Part shown: positions 10,153 to 19,544 of the stretch, one piece after another
Numbering within the stretch: the stretch's first letter is position 1
Layout: each line of letters begins with the position of its first letter
Assembly (NCBI GenBank): GCA_032128875.1
Contig: JAVLKG010000005.1
Span: 416,001-480,000, forward strand
Length of the DNA stretch: 64,000 nt
Origin: Candidatus Melainabacteria bacterium 17Bon1m
GTDB taxonomy: Bacteria; Cyanobacteriota; Vampirovibrionia; Obscuribacterales; Obscuribacteraceae
Direction: 5' to 3'
The notes under the pieces: generated by a model
The model's input: the letters and a program-made list of their open reading frames with translations, nothing else
Database searches by the model: none
What the model was told of the DNA's origin: nothing
Made by a program: the position numbers and the translations under genes

Positions 10153-11384
10153 TCAAAGTCTTTGATTGCAGAGGCTATATCTACATCATTTTCATGAATG
10201 TATGCAAGCAGCGTTCGCGCTTGTTCTAAATCGAGTATTTTTTGTTCTACGAGTGATTTAAGCGTGTTCGCGCCGTCCATTGTCATTTGAGTCATAAAGC
10301 CGGATTCGAGCAATGAGGCAGCAAGCGACTGGCGTTTTTTTAGAGCCCTTTGCGTAGCTACCTCGAGGTCTTCAGGATGGATACAACCCGTCACTTTCAG
10401 CAACTCGGCAACTTCCAATTCTTCTTCGAAGTACTCTTCCTGTTCCTCCAGCGCCTGCAAAACTTGAGCTATGTCCCAATCGACTGTTTCCAACTTCTTG
10501 GTCAGTTGAATTGCTTGGTCTTCTTGAAGCGCCCCTTCCATGAGCATGTTGAGAAGTTCATTCAAAGCAGTGACGCTTTTTTCAGAACAGAATCCGCAGG
10601 AGATGAGTGCTTCATCGATTGACTTATCCTCAGTCACTTCTATTTCTCGCGCTGAGATCAGTTCTCTCTCGTTTATCAAGCCGGACAGATACATCAGATA
10701 TCCTATATCGCTGTAAGGATAAGGATCTTCCTCCACCACCCCTAATTCCATCAGCGGCTGCAAGAGTGGTAGCTTGCGCAATCGCGCAGACCGAAGGGCT
10801 TGCAGTACCTGGCTTCGTGTGGCAATTCCGTCGCGAATAATTCTAAGACCCAATAGAGCAGAATTTAGCAAATCAACAGTAATGACGCCACGGTTGAGCA
10901 ATACCTGCCCTAGTGGCAAAGAAGCGTTGATACCGTCAACAATTGCTTTCTCAATCTGCTTCTGCTGCGCCGCTGCCGATTCGCGCAACAGGTCTCCTAG
11001 GCGGCTTGCTTTTACGCCGGCGGCCGTGGGTAGAGCGTTGACACGAGCCACTGCTTCTTCAATGGTCAAAGCCTGCTGTTTGATGAGCTTTAGGGCAGTG
11101 ACTCCATTGGTGACGGAAAGTGTGCCGTTGACAATCAGATTTTGCACTTCCAGTGCTTTTCCTAAGAGCTCTTCGGCAAGGTGCCCTTCCATCGACAGAA
11201 TTCTGCCGAGCGGGACGTGCATTTTCACAGCCAGCGCGGTGCAACTGTCGAGCGTTTCCTGATCGATCATTGTCGACTGCACAAGCAAATCGCCGATCTT
11301 GATGGGCAGAGGTTTCTCAGCCTCTGGCTGCAAGTCTTGCCCTTCGGAAAAATTGAATGGTATAAAGTACTCTTCCGACATCAC
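10128..11384 (-). CDS. Stand-alone protein of tandem MshEN/PilB-N-like repeats
   Basis: KIGDLLVQ..PLGRILSMEGHL; RLGDLLRE..PLGQVLLNRGVI; two further degenerate units; no ATPase domain. Confidence 0.7.
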   Translation of the reverse strand: MMSEEYFIPFNFSEGQDLQPEAEKPLPIKIGDLLVQSTMIDQETLDSCTALAVKMHVPLGRILSMEGHLAEELLGKALEVQNLIVNGTLSVTNGVTALKLIKQQALTIEEAVARVNALPTAAGVKASRLGDLLRESAAAQQKQIEKAIVDGINASLPLGQVLLNRGVITVDLLNSALLGLRIIRDGIATRSQVLQALRSARLRKLPLLQPLMELGVVEEDPYPYSDIGYLMYLSGLINERELISAREIEVTEDKSIDEALISCGFCSEKSVTALNELLNMLMEGALQEDQAIQLTKKLETVDWDIAQVLQALEEQEEYFEEELEVAELLKVTGCIHPEDLEVATQRALKKRQSLAASLLESGFMTQMTMDGANTLKSLVEQKILDLEQARTLLAYIHENDVDIASAIKDFDWLPASMS

Positions 11385-11396
11385 CTTGCTCCAAAA

Positions 11397-13208
11397 TTAC
11401 TTGTAGCTCTTGGAGATAATCAGCGGGAAGTTAGCTTCGACTGCTCTATCCTTGGCTTTGCGTGCAGCGGACAGCAATTGCTGGACCGAATCCCCGTCAG
11501 CGGGCAGATTGGCGACACCGAAAGCAAGCTTCAGGCTCTTCTTGTCCAGGTTTTTTATCAGTGGCGTCACTGTCAGAGTTTGCAGGATTCGGTTAGCGAC
11601 ATATGCGGCCGATGCGGTTCGCGTGTTCGGCAGAAGCAGTGCATATTCGAGCATCTCGTAGTGCCCTAGGATGTCTAGCGGACGCTTCACCATGTCAATG
11701 CGTCGGGCCGCGTTTTGCACCGCAGACGGTGGCAAAACATCAAACATGGTCTGCAAATCGCCGCGCTTTTGATTGCTGTCGTACTCTTTTTTTCTGTTCA
11801 TTTCAAAAAGAATGATAGACATTGGCCAGCCATAGGCTTCGAATCGATAAAACTCATGCTGCAGATAAAGCAAGAATGCAGAGTAGCTCAGCACGCCTGT
11901 TTCCTGGCGGACCATTGATTCTAAAAGAGCGTCTACTTCTTTCTTGCCATCGCCCAGAAAATCGAGTGCACCGACCTTTACTGCGTCCGGTGGCTTGATC
12001 TCAATTAATTCGCAAGTGAGGAAATTGAAAATCAGTGGAATCCAGTCAGCTGACTCCATCGGTCGGTCGCGCAAAAGATCGTTGAGCGAGTATTTGTGCC
12101 CGATTGTTTTATACACCTCAATCTGTTTTTCGACATTGAGAGGCTCGCCCTTGGTCAACATGAGGCGAACTTCCGTGTCGCCCAGATTGCGTGATTTCTT
12201 GACCAAGTACGCGTCCGTGGTGAGACCCATCCGCTCGAGATGTTTTTTCTTGTCGAGAAGGGCGATACCTTCCATGACTGTGTCCATCATCGGTTTGAGA
12301 ACATTGCGTACTTCTGTCTTTTCATCAGGGAAGAATGCAAATGTCCCTTTGCGCCAGGTGATTAGCTCTCGCACGGCGTTGTCGCCTAAGATACCGGCGA
12401 CGTGCGCGTACATGGCGACGCCGTTAAGGAAATAAATCTCTCCGACACTCTCGTCGCCGAGAATCTCCAGGCGGCCCGTTAATCCGTCGTTGTTCAAGTT
12501 CGACACTAAAGTCGACACTTGAGTGCTTTCGAGAGAGCCTTCCAATGACTTCGTCTCGAGCTGGGGTTCGGGAGCTGTAAAACGAGGACCGTGCTGCGAT
12601 TGTGAGGGCATTTTGTCGCCCAGATAATCGACGCCACCACTTTGTGGTTGCTGAAATGTGGAAAGAGAACCGGAAGACTGAGTAGGGTGAAAACTGCCTG
12701 AGCTGCTCGGCGAGCCCTCTGGATTATAGCCGGCAAGGTCGGCAGGATTTACGGCGGGGGGTGAATTGAAACCGCCCGACGCATCCTGAAACCTTGCTTC
12801 TGGTTGCATCGCGGGCACAGGCTGTGTCAGTGACGCATTCGGATCAAGCGCCGGCATCCCCGTTTTCGAGCGGTCCATGGCGCGAGTACTTTGCACCGAC
12901 ATACAAACCATGTCGTTTACCAGATCGAAATCACCAGACTCCTGCTGCCATAGCATCTGCGCTTCGGTGCCGTCATCTTCAAGCAAAGTCCAGAGCGGAT
13001 TATTTCTGCCGCTTTCTACTTTTACACTTAGGCTGTACGTCAAATTTGTGTTTGGTGCAACGAAAAGCTGCTCAACATCGCGGGGTTGGTTGTCCCGCGC
13101 TTGCTCGAACATGGATTGGTATATATCCATGGTCGGAATGTGTTGGATATTTGGAAGATTGATTCTGCCCCGGCTGGGCGGAGGTTGTGGCTTTTTCGAA
13201 CCAAACAT
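11397..13208 (-). CDS. DUF4388 (PatA-N) domain + degenerate GGDEF domain protein
   Basis: LEGSLEST..LTGRLEI..GEIYFLNG..ELITWRKGTFAF; C-terminal ETGVL..RPLDILGHYEMLEYALLLPNT..AFGVA; Pro/Ser/Gln-rich linker. Confidence 0.8.
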   Translation of the reverse strand: MFGSKKPQPPPSRGRINLPNIQHIPTMDIYQSMFEQARDNQPRDVEQLFVAPNTNLTYSLSVKVESGRNNPLWTLLEDDGTEAQMLWQQESGDFDLVNDMVCMSVQSTRAMDRSKTGMPALDPNASLTQPVPAMQPEARFQDASGGFNSPPAVNPADLAGYNPEGSPSSSGSFHPTQSSGSLSTFQQPQSGGVDYLGDKMPSQSQHGPRFTAPEPQLETKSLEGSLESTQVSTLVSNLNNDGLTGRLEILGDESVGEIYFLNGVAMYAHVAGILGDNAVRELITWRKGTFAFFPDEKTEVRNVLKPMMDTVMEGIALLDKKKHLERMGLTTDAYLVKKSRNLGDTEVRLMLTKGEPLNVEKQIEVYKTIGHKYSLNDLLRDRPMESADWIPLIFNFLTCELIEIKPPDAVKVGALDFLGDGKKEVDALLESMVRQETGVLSYSAFLLYLQHEFYRFEAYGWPMSIILFEMNRKKEYDSNQKRGDLQTMFDVLPPSAVQNAARRIDMVKRPLDILGHYEMLEYALLLPNTRTASAAYVANRILQTLTVTPLIKNLDKKSLKLAFGVANLPADGDSVQQLLSAARKAKDRAVEANFPLIISKSYK

Positions 13209-13762
13209 TCGCGTCTCTCTTCTCTAGGGGTACGTTTATCGGTCATACGGCAGCTCATGGCTTAAAGGTGTAATTCCCCATTATTTGATCAAAGAACCAG
13301 GCATATGAGTAGATTCGAGAGATTGATGTCAAGTAACAGGTTCGTTTGAATGCTTTAAACGCTTGTGGGGCTTTGATCTCGAGGATCTGCTCTGCGAGAA
13401 AAATTTGAGCCTGTGGTGATCGAGGGACGGAAGGGCGAAAGGCTGTCAAGGGTTCGTTGGTTACCAAATTGAAATTCTAAAGTGCCGCTTGGCAATGTGT
13501 TGCAACTAATTAAAACTATTGCACCCTCCGGAGCCACTGAGAGTGTCCGATGAAAGCCTCATAGGCTGACACTTTTGGAAGATGAACTAAGCTTCATTGC
13601 TACCTGAACATAGCTTCAGCCGTGTCAGGAGATGTGCAGAGTTTCTATTGACTATAATTGTCAGTCGGAAAAGGTTTAGAGCTAGTCTGGAATTCGTGGC
13701 CTGCGTTTTGCCCCCTGGGCGTTTCTGCCCTTATCGGTCTAGTGTTCACGGAAACCCGTTAA

Positions 13763-14689
13763 ATGAGCCAAGGAAGCAATAGTCCAGTAATGCCAACTCC
13801 TTTAGCTGAAGCTACGAGAAACAAGATTGAAACAGACAGCGCCATCGCCGATGTTGCGTCGCGTCTTGATCAGCAGCCAGCGATAACTTCCACTGAATCC
13901 TTCGGGTTCTTCTTGTTTCGCTCACTTCGCGAAATGACAAATATCAAGTTTGCACTGGCAAGCTTTGTCGTCAACAATTTGCGACGTCGTTACCGCCGGT
14001 CTGTGCTCGGTTTTGCATGGAGCTTGCTCAATCCGATTCTGACCATGTGCGTCATGACCGCTGTGTTTTCCATTTTGTTCAAGCAGAACCCGAAAGATTT
14101 TGGTGTCTACGTTTTCACCGGTCTTTTGCCTTGGAGTTTTTTCTGCGAATCAGTAGTTGCTGGTAGTGGCTCACTTACAGGCGCCGAGAGTTATCTCAAG
14201 AAAGTCTACATACCGAAGCTGTTCTTCCCCATGGTGACTGTTGCGACAGAAGCAGTGAATTTTGCGTCAAGTATATTTGCTCTGATTCTTTTGGCTGCGG
14301 TTGCTGGTTTTCACTTCACGTGGACTTGCGTATTGGTCTTGCCCATCACAGCGCTCCTTTTCGCTTTCACATACTGCTGCGCACTTTTCTGTTCGATTGC
14401 CACGGTGTATTTCCGCGATTTCGCTCATATTTTGCGAGTCGGCTTGGGGGCTGTTTTTTACACTGTACCTATCGTCTATCCGGTCGCAATGATTCCTGCG
14501 GATTACAGATGGTTTTACGCGTACCATCCCATGGCCCGCTTTGTAGAGCTATATAGGCTGGCAATCTGTGAAGGTCAAATTCCCTCTCTCGAGGTCTGGG
14601 CTTCTCCACTTGTCGTTACCGTTGTGGCATTTCTGCTTTCATTTGCTCTGCTCAAAAAGACTGAGCGCGACATCATTTTCCGCCTGTGA
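13763..14689 (+). CDS. wzm: ABC-2 polysaccharide export permease
   Basis: RYRRSVLGFAWSLLNP, GLLPWSFF, KKVYIP, VYFRDF, TVPIVYP. Confidence 0.92.
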   Translation: MSQGSNSPVMPTPLAEATRNKIETDSAIADVASRLDQQPAITSTESFGFFLFRSLREMTNIKFALASFVVNNLRRRYRRSVLGFAWSLLNPILTMCVMTAVFSILFKQNPKDFGVYVFTGLLPWSFFCESVVAGSGSLTGAESYLKKVYIPKLFFPMVTVATEAVNFASSIFALILLAAVAGFHFTWTCVLVLPITALLFAFTYCCALFCSIATVYFRDFAHILRVGLGAVFYTVPIVYPVAMIPADYRWFYAYHPMARFVELYRLAICEGQIPSLEVWASPLVVTVVAFLLSFALLKKTERDIIFRL

Positions 14690-14695
14690 GGTTTT

Positions 14696-15502
14696 GTGGA
14701 CGCACTAATTGAAATCAAGAACGCCACTTTGCGGTTTCGTATTTATCGAAATCGTACTCCTGCGCTAAAGGAAGCCGTTATTCGCGTGCTGTCCCCGAAA
14801 AAAACAGCGAGCGAGGAAGTAATTGAGTTCAATGCTCTGCAAAATTTGAATCTATCCATTAAAGGTGGAGACCGTCTCGGCATCATTGGTTTGAATGGTG
14901 CCGGCAAGTCCACTCTGCTGAAAATGATCGTCGGAATTTATCCTCCGCAGCATGGTTCTGTTCATGTCAAAGGAAAAGTGACACCACTCATTGAATTGGG
15001 CACCGGCTTTGATCACGAATTGAGCGGAAGAGAAAACATATATTTGAACGGCGCCCTTCTGGGACGCTCGTTCAAGCAAATGCGTTCGCTCGAAGAGGCA
15101 ATTATCGATTTTTCCGGACTTGAAGACAAAATCGATATGCCGATTAAGTACTATTCCAGTGGGATGCTCGGACGGCTTGCTTTCTCGATCGGCACCATTA
15201 TGGAGCCGGAAATCCTTCTGGTTGACGAGGTCTTTTCGACGGGCGACGCTCAATTCGTCGAAAAAGCAAGAAACCGAATGGACCATTTGATTTCCAAATC
15301 ATCGATCGTTGTTATCGTTTCGCACAGCATGGACCACATCGTCCATTTCTGCAACAAGGTCGTTGTTCTCAACAAAGGCGCTGTTGTAGCTGAAGGGGAC
15401 CCAGAGGAGATGGTCGAATACTATCGGCAGAACATTGCCAACGTCGGCGCTGCTCCCGCTCCTTATAAACCGGCTTCGCCACAACCTGCATTGACCACAT
15501 AA
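14696..15502 (+). CDS. wzt: ABC polysaccharide export ATPase, no C-terminal carbohydrate-binding domain
   Basis: GLNGAGKST, ELSGRENI, YSSGMLGRLAFS, LLVDEV, VSH. Confidence 0.93.
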   Translation: MDALIEIKNATLRFRIYRNRTPALKEAVIRVLSPKKTASEEVIEFNALQNLNLSIKGGDRLGIIGLNGAGKSTLLKMIVGIYPPQHGSVHVKGKVTPLIELGTGFDHELSGRENIYLNGALLGRSFKQMRSLEEAIIDFSGLEDKIDMPIKYYSSGMLGRLAFSIGTIMEPEILLVDEVFSTGDAQFVEKARNRMDHLISKSSIVVIVSHSMDHIVHFCNKVVVLNKGAVVAEGDPEEMVEYYRQNIANVGAAPAPYKPASPQPALTT

Positions 15503-15507
15503 TCAGT

Positions 15508-16929
15508 ATGTCAAACGCACCCAAGATACTTGCAATCGTTCCATCGTTGATAGCATCTTGCCAAATCAACGTGCTGAAGCCGCTCAATAAGCTTGCCGAG
15601 AGAGGCAAGGTCGAATTTCGCTGGATGCTGGAATCAAAGGCGGATGTTACTGCCCTTGCTTGGTGCGACGTTGTGATTTTTTGCCGCAACACAGAGCCGG
15701 CATATGGACATTTATTGAATGCCGCGGTGTGTGCTGGAAAGCCGATCATTTTTGATCTGGATGACAATTTCTGGGATATTCCATATGACACGGATCCGGA
15801 ATTGGCGCGCTATCATCGCCTCCCTCCTCGCCTGGCCCAATTAGAAAAATACTTGTCTTTCTCCAGTCTTGTTCGCGTGTACAGCCCTGTACTGGCTGAG
15901 CGTGTTAGTGCATTCAGCCAGAAAATCAAAATGCTGAAGTCCGGCTTTGATTTCTCGCTAGTATCAGGCAAGCGGCACAAGCAGAACGGAAGCACGCGCA
16001 TCGTGTACGCAACGAGCCGCATCGTCGATGACCAATATCATGAATTTCTCGACGGCATCATTCGAATCCTCGACGTTTACCAGGATAGAGTCAGTCTGAC
16101 TATTTGTGGCTGCAAACCCAGAGAGCTAGCCGCGCGGCGGGGAGTGGAGCTTATACCGCTCTACCCAGACTATGATAGATTTTTGATGGACTTTCATGCC
16201 CGTGGCTTTGACATTGGGCTTGCACCATTGCCAGATACCGTTTTTCATCGCTCGAAAAACAACACGAAATTTAGAGACTATGGTGCATGCCGGGTCGCTG
16301 GTGTTTACTCTGACGTAGATGTTTATTCATCATGCATTGAGGATGGCAGCACCGGAATTCTTGTCAGCAACACCGCTCAAGGCTGGTTTGACGGTGTCTC
16401 GAAGCTTATCGAAAATCCGGCGTTGACCGAAAGAATCAAAGACACTGCTTACAAGCATGTCTACGATAACTACCGGCAGGAATTAGTCGAAGAAGAGTGG
16501 CTTGTCGATATCACGTCAGTCTTGTCTCAACCTAGTCGAGAAGACTCTTTGCGGGCTGTGGAAACACAAGATATCCGTGTGAAAGCGGATTTCTTTGGAC
16601 TATATGGAATCCGCATTCCAGGCGAGTCTCCGGATGGGCAAAAGACGGCTAATTTGCTTTTGGAAGTTCTCACACCCGACGGTTATATCTTGCGGGAGGC
16701 TACCAGTTCGAATCTGCGCATTCTTGAAGATGGTGATATCGAGATTACTTTCGAGCCTATTGCAAATTCTCAGCGCCGAGAGTTTGTTTTCCGGTTGGTC
16801 TCTCTGCCGAGAGAGTTTCAACCAAAACCAGATTCCGAATGGACTACTGGTTGGATTCCGCCCAGCGGATTGATGCAAATGCTTTATCAATCGAAGCAAC
16901 TCGTGTCTGCGGGGATAGATAAACGATGA
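15508..16929 (+). CDS. GT-B fold glycosyltransferase with extra C-terminal beta-rich domain
   Basis: FDLDDNFW, DIGLAPL, SKNNTKFRDYG, DGSTGILV. Confidence 0.8.
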   Translation: MSNAPKILAIVPSLIASCQINVLKPLNKLAERGKVEFRWMLESKADVTALAWCDVVIFCRNTEPAYGHLLNAAVCAGKPIIFDLDDNFWDIPYDTDPELARYHRLPPRLAQLEKYLSFSSLVRVYSPVLAERVSAFSQKIKMLKSGFDFSLVSGKRHKQNGSTRIVYATSRIVDDQYHEFLDGIIRILDVYQDRVSLTICGCKPRELAARRGVELIPLYPDYDRFLMDFHARGFDIGLAPLPDTVFHRSKNNTKFRDYGACRVAGVYSDVDVYSSCIEDGSTGILVSNTAQGWFDGVSKLIENPALTERIKDTAYKHVYDNYRQELVEEEWLVDITSVLSQPSREDSLRAVETQDIRVKADFFGLYGIRIPGESPDGQKTANLLLEVLTPDGYILREATSSNLRILEDGDIEITFEPIANSQRREFVFRLVSLPREFQPKPDSEWTTGWIPPSGLMQMLYQSKQLVSAGIDKR

Positions 16930-17642
16930 ATTCCATTACTCATTTGGTATCCAATATAGTGCCATTAAATGAAGGCGGCAACCCGTGCTCGAGTGATTGT
17001 CCTGCCGTCCCTGAGCGTTTTGAGCCACAGAGTAAAGACGAACTTCTGCAACACATTCAAACTCTAGAAGCTGAGCTGCATAGCGTCAGAGAGAAAAGCA
17101 AATTTATTGCACAGGAGCTGGATCTGTTCCGCCAGCGTCGCGCTATCTTCTGGTCGGATCGTTTTCGCAATACATTCGATGCCTGGAGTTTGCTTAGCAA
17201 AGGCTTTCAGCGATTGAAGGACGACACCGCAATTTTTGCAAGCGATCTAAAAGGGTACCGTTTGCAGCCAAGTTTGAGCATGTTGCGAGTCTCGTATCTC
17301 AGTTACAAAGTCAAGCTGAATACCAAGGGTTTGACTGGTGTCTATCTTGCTCCTGTCGTCGAATTTCCGCTGCAAAAAGGCGAAATTGTCCTACAAATTA
17401 TGGAAGAGTCCAAAAGGCTTCTTGTTGAAACTTCTGTGCCGGTGGCGCAAATTAGTGACGATGGTCCGGTCGCATTTAGATTTCCGCCCCTTCAAAATTC
17501 AGACAATGAGCTAATATTCAACATTTTTGTTCAAAATGTTGATGTGCCTGTAAGGCTTTTAGAAATGCGCCGCTACGCGCTTGGCGGTTTCGGAAGACTT
17601 TCTACAGTCTGCTTTGCCGGATTCATTTTCGACGGTGAGTAA
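16926..17642 (+). CDS. Hypothetical protein, coiled coil + beta-rich domain
   Basis: ATGA-coupled to upstream gene; heptad segment LLQHIQTLEAELHSVREK; C-terminal part resembles the tail of 15508-16929. Confidence 0.7.
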   Translation: MNSITHLVSNIVPLNEGGNPCSSDCPAVPERFEPQSKDELLQHIQTLEAELHSVREKSKFIAQELDLFRQRRAIFWSDRFRNTFDAWSLLSKGFQRLKDDTAIFASDLKGYRLQPSLSMLRVSYLSYKVKLNTKGLTGVYLAPVVEFPLQKGEIVLQIMEESKRLLVETSVPVAQISDDGPVAFRFPPLQNSDNELIFNIFVQNVDVPVRLLEMRRYALGGFGRLSTVCFAGFIFDGE

Positions 17643-17651
17643 TTACCAGTA

Positions 17652-18551
17652 CTAATCTTTTGGGCTTTCCTTAGGTGCGTGCTTAGCGGAAACCTTGAGT
17701 GCACGTTTGACCTTCTGCCATTTGTTTCTCAGTTTCCAAAAACCGCTGGATTCCATTTGGCGAATTCTGTCCCGCAAATTCTGCAGCTCTCGCTTCATCT
17801 CCATTTCTGGAGTGTCATCCTCGAGGAGCTGCCTGTATTCGGCAAAGCGATGCATGATGAAGTCCAGATTCTCAACATAGAGATTGCGATGGTTCTTCGC
17901 CAGTTGCTCAAACATCTCCATCTTTTGTTTGGCGTTGAATCTTTGGGTTCTCGAGTCACTTTCTTGTCGGTAGTAAAAGAGCGTCTGAGGAATTCTTATT
18001 ACCACTCTTTTCAGCTCAATAATCGAAAGCCAAAAATCATGGTCTTCCCAGCCGTGAATCATGTTGGGGTTGTAGCCGCCGACGCTCTGCCAGTCAGCTT
18101 TTCTGAAAACAGCCGCGGAAAATATGAAGTTGTCCAGGAGAATGTCAGGAAAATTGTACGGCGGCAATTCCCACTTTCCATTTCGATTGCCGAAATAGGC
18201 TGCGTCGCAATAGACGATTCCTATATCGCTTTGATCTCGAAAGAGTTTTTCTGCTTTCTCTAAATAAGAAGGGTCGATTTTATCGTCGGCATCTAGCGTC
18301 AAGATCAGCTCACCCTTAGCATTCTTGATGCCATGATTGCGTGCTGCCGACGGTCCCGCGTTGTCCTTTTGCAAAAGAATCACTTGGGAGGACTTCAAAA
18401 ATTCAAGTAACGAGTCTGAGGGAGGTTGAGTCGAGCCGTCGTCTACAACTATTATTTCTACGTCCGCAAGTGTTTGTTTCAAAACACTGTCCACGGCATC
18501 GCGCAGATAATGCCAGTGATTGAAGCAGGGGATGACGACTGAAACTTTCAC
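17652..18551 (-). CDS. GT2 glycosyltransferase with coiled-coil/amphipathic tail
   Basis: VSVVIPCFN, VDDGST, GPSAARN, LDADD, GWEDHDFW. Confidence 0.92.
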   Translation of the reverse strand: MKVSVVIPCFNHWHYLRDAVDSVLKQTLADVEIIVVDDGSTQPPSDSLLEFLKSSQVILLQKDNAGPSAARNHGIKNAKGELILTLDADDKIDPSYLEKAEKLFRDQSDIGIVYCDAAYFGNRNGKWELPPYNFPDILLDNFIFSAAVFRKADWQSVGGYNPNMIHGWEDHDFWLSIIELKRVVIRIPQTLFYYRQESDSRTQRFNAKQKMEMFEQLAKNHRNLYVENLDFIMHRFAEYRQLLEDDTPEMEMKRELQNLRDRIRQMESSGFWKLRNKWQKVKRALKVSAKHAPKESPKD

Positions 18552-18554
18552 TTT

Positions 18555-19346
18555 CTACCACAAGTTGTTTTGGCTAAGATATGCGCGAGTCTCAACAAAA
18601 TTCTCGACCGTGTTAATGTCATAAAAACGCTTGCTGACAGAGAATCCTGCAAGCTCCTTCTTCTTTGACATTGACTTGAAAATGTCACTTAAGTCAAACG
18701 ATGTTTTCTTTAACTTCTTGCTGTGCTGCATGAATGCGCTTTTGGAAAAGAATGACAATCCATAGTCAATAAAGTGCATATTATCAGAGGGATCTTTCTT
18801 GTCGTATTTGAGGACCAGTCTGCTTTCCTCATCAAATTCGACATTGCTGGGCGCCCATTGATTGTTGTTCTCTAAAATCGACATCATGCCGCCCAGGCGG
18901 CTGGCTTTGAATGCGGTAAACAATGGCGGCATCGATATATCGAGGTAGGTGTCACCGTACATCACCGCAAAATCTTCGTCCACCATGTCCAGCGCCTTTT
19001 CGACGGCCGACCCGGTGCCGAAATTGTCCTGCCCATCATGGCTGTATGCGATTGACATTGAGAATTTGCTTCCGTCTCCAAGATAATCCTCGATTTGCTC
19101 GGAGAAATGATGGACAAGCACTATCAGTTTTGTTACTCCTTGACGCTGCAGCAACCGGAGGACATGGGCTATGAAGGGCTCACCAGAGATATCGACCATG
19201 GACTTGGGTTTATCTTTGGACATCTCTCCCAGGCGTGTGCCTTTGCCTCCGGCAAGAATTAAGAATGGAACGTCCTTCAGGCTCAGTAATGACGACTGGG
19301 CTTGGCTTTGCGGGCGGGGCGGTGCGGCTTCTATTTCTTCGTCCAT
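18555..19346 (-). CDS. Sugar-phosphate nucleotidyltransferase (HddC/MurU-like)
   Basis: ILAGGKGTRL, PKSMVDI, GTGSA, YGDTY, FIDYG, FYDI. Confidence 0.85.
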   Translation of the reverse strand: MDEEIEAAPPRPQSQAQSSLLSLKDVPFLILAGGKGTRLGEMSKDKPKSMVDISGEPFIAHVLRLLQRQGVTKLIVLVHHFSEQIEDYLGDGSKFSMSIAYSHDGQDNFGTGSAVEKALDMVDEDFAVMYGDTYLDISMPPLFTAFKASRLGGMMSILENNNQWAPSNVEFDEESRLVLKYDKKDPSDNMHFIDYGLSFFSKSAFMQHSKKLKKTSFDLSDIFKSMSKKKELAGFSVSKRFYDINTVENFVETRAYLSQNNLW

Positions 19347-19544
19347 CTCGGCCGTAATCTCTTATGTGCCAACTGTGGCACCTTTGCCGCAATTGTCTAA
19401 GATTATCAAGTTTGAAGAAAGGGCTTTAGAACTAGCTAATTCGCATTTTAAATGCTCGCGGCCAGGTATGCTTTATTCTGAAAAACCGCAGTTTAAGCCG
19501 GTGTTAAACGGTTTGCGAGCGGTGAGCGGACGAGTCTTATTGGT

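Noticed and set aside
13534-13575. Hammerhead ribozyme or riboswitch in the wzm upstream region (CTGAGAG...GAAA, AGCCT-cat-AGGCT hairpin)
   Set aside because: The core does not fit CUGANGA, there is no stem II, and the cleavage-site base would be G; no c-di-GMP riboswitch consensus seen
18555-19346. Complete GDP-heptose pathway
   Set aside because: Only the nucleotidyltransferase is present; no isomerase, kinase or phosphatase genes in the window
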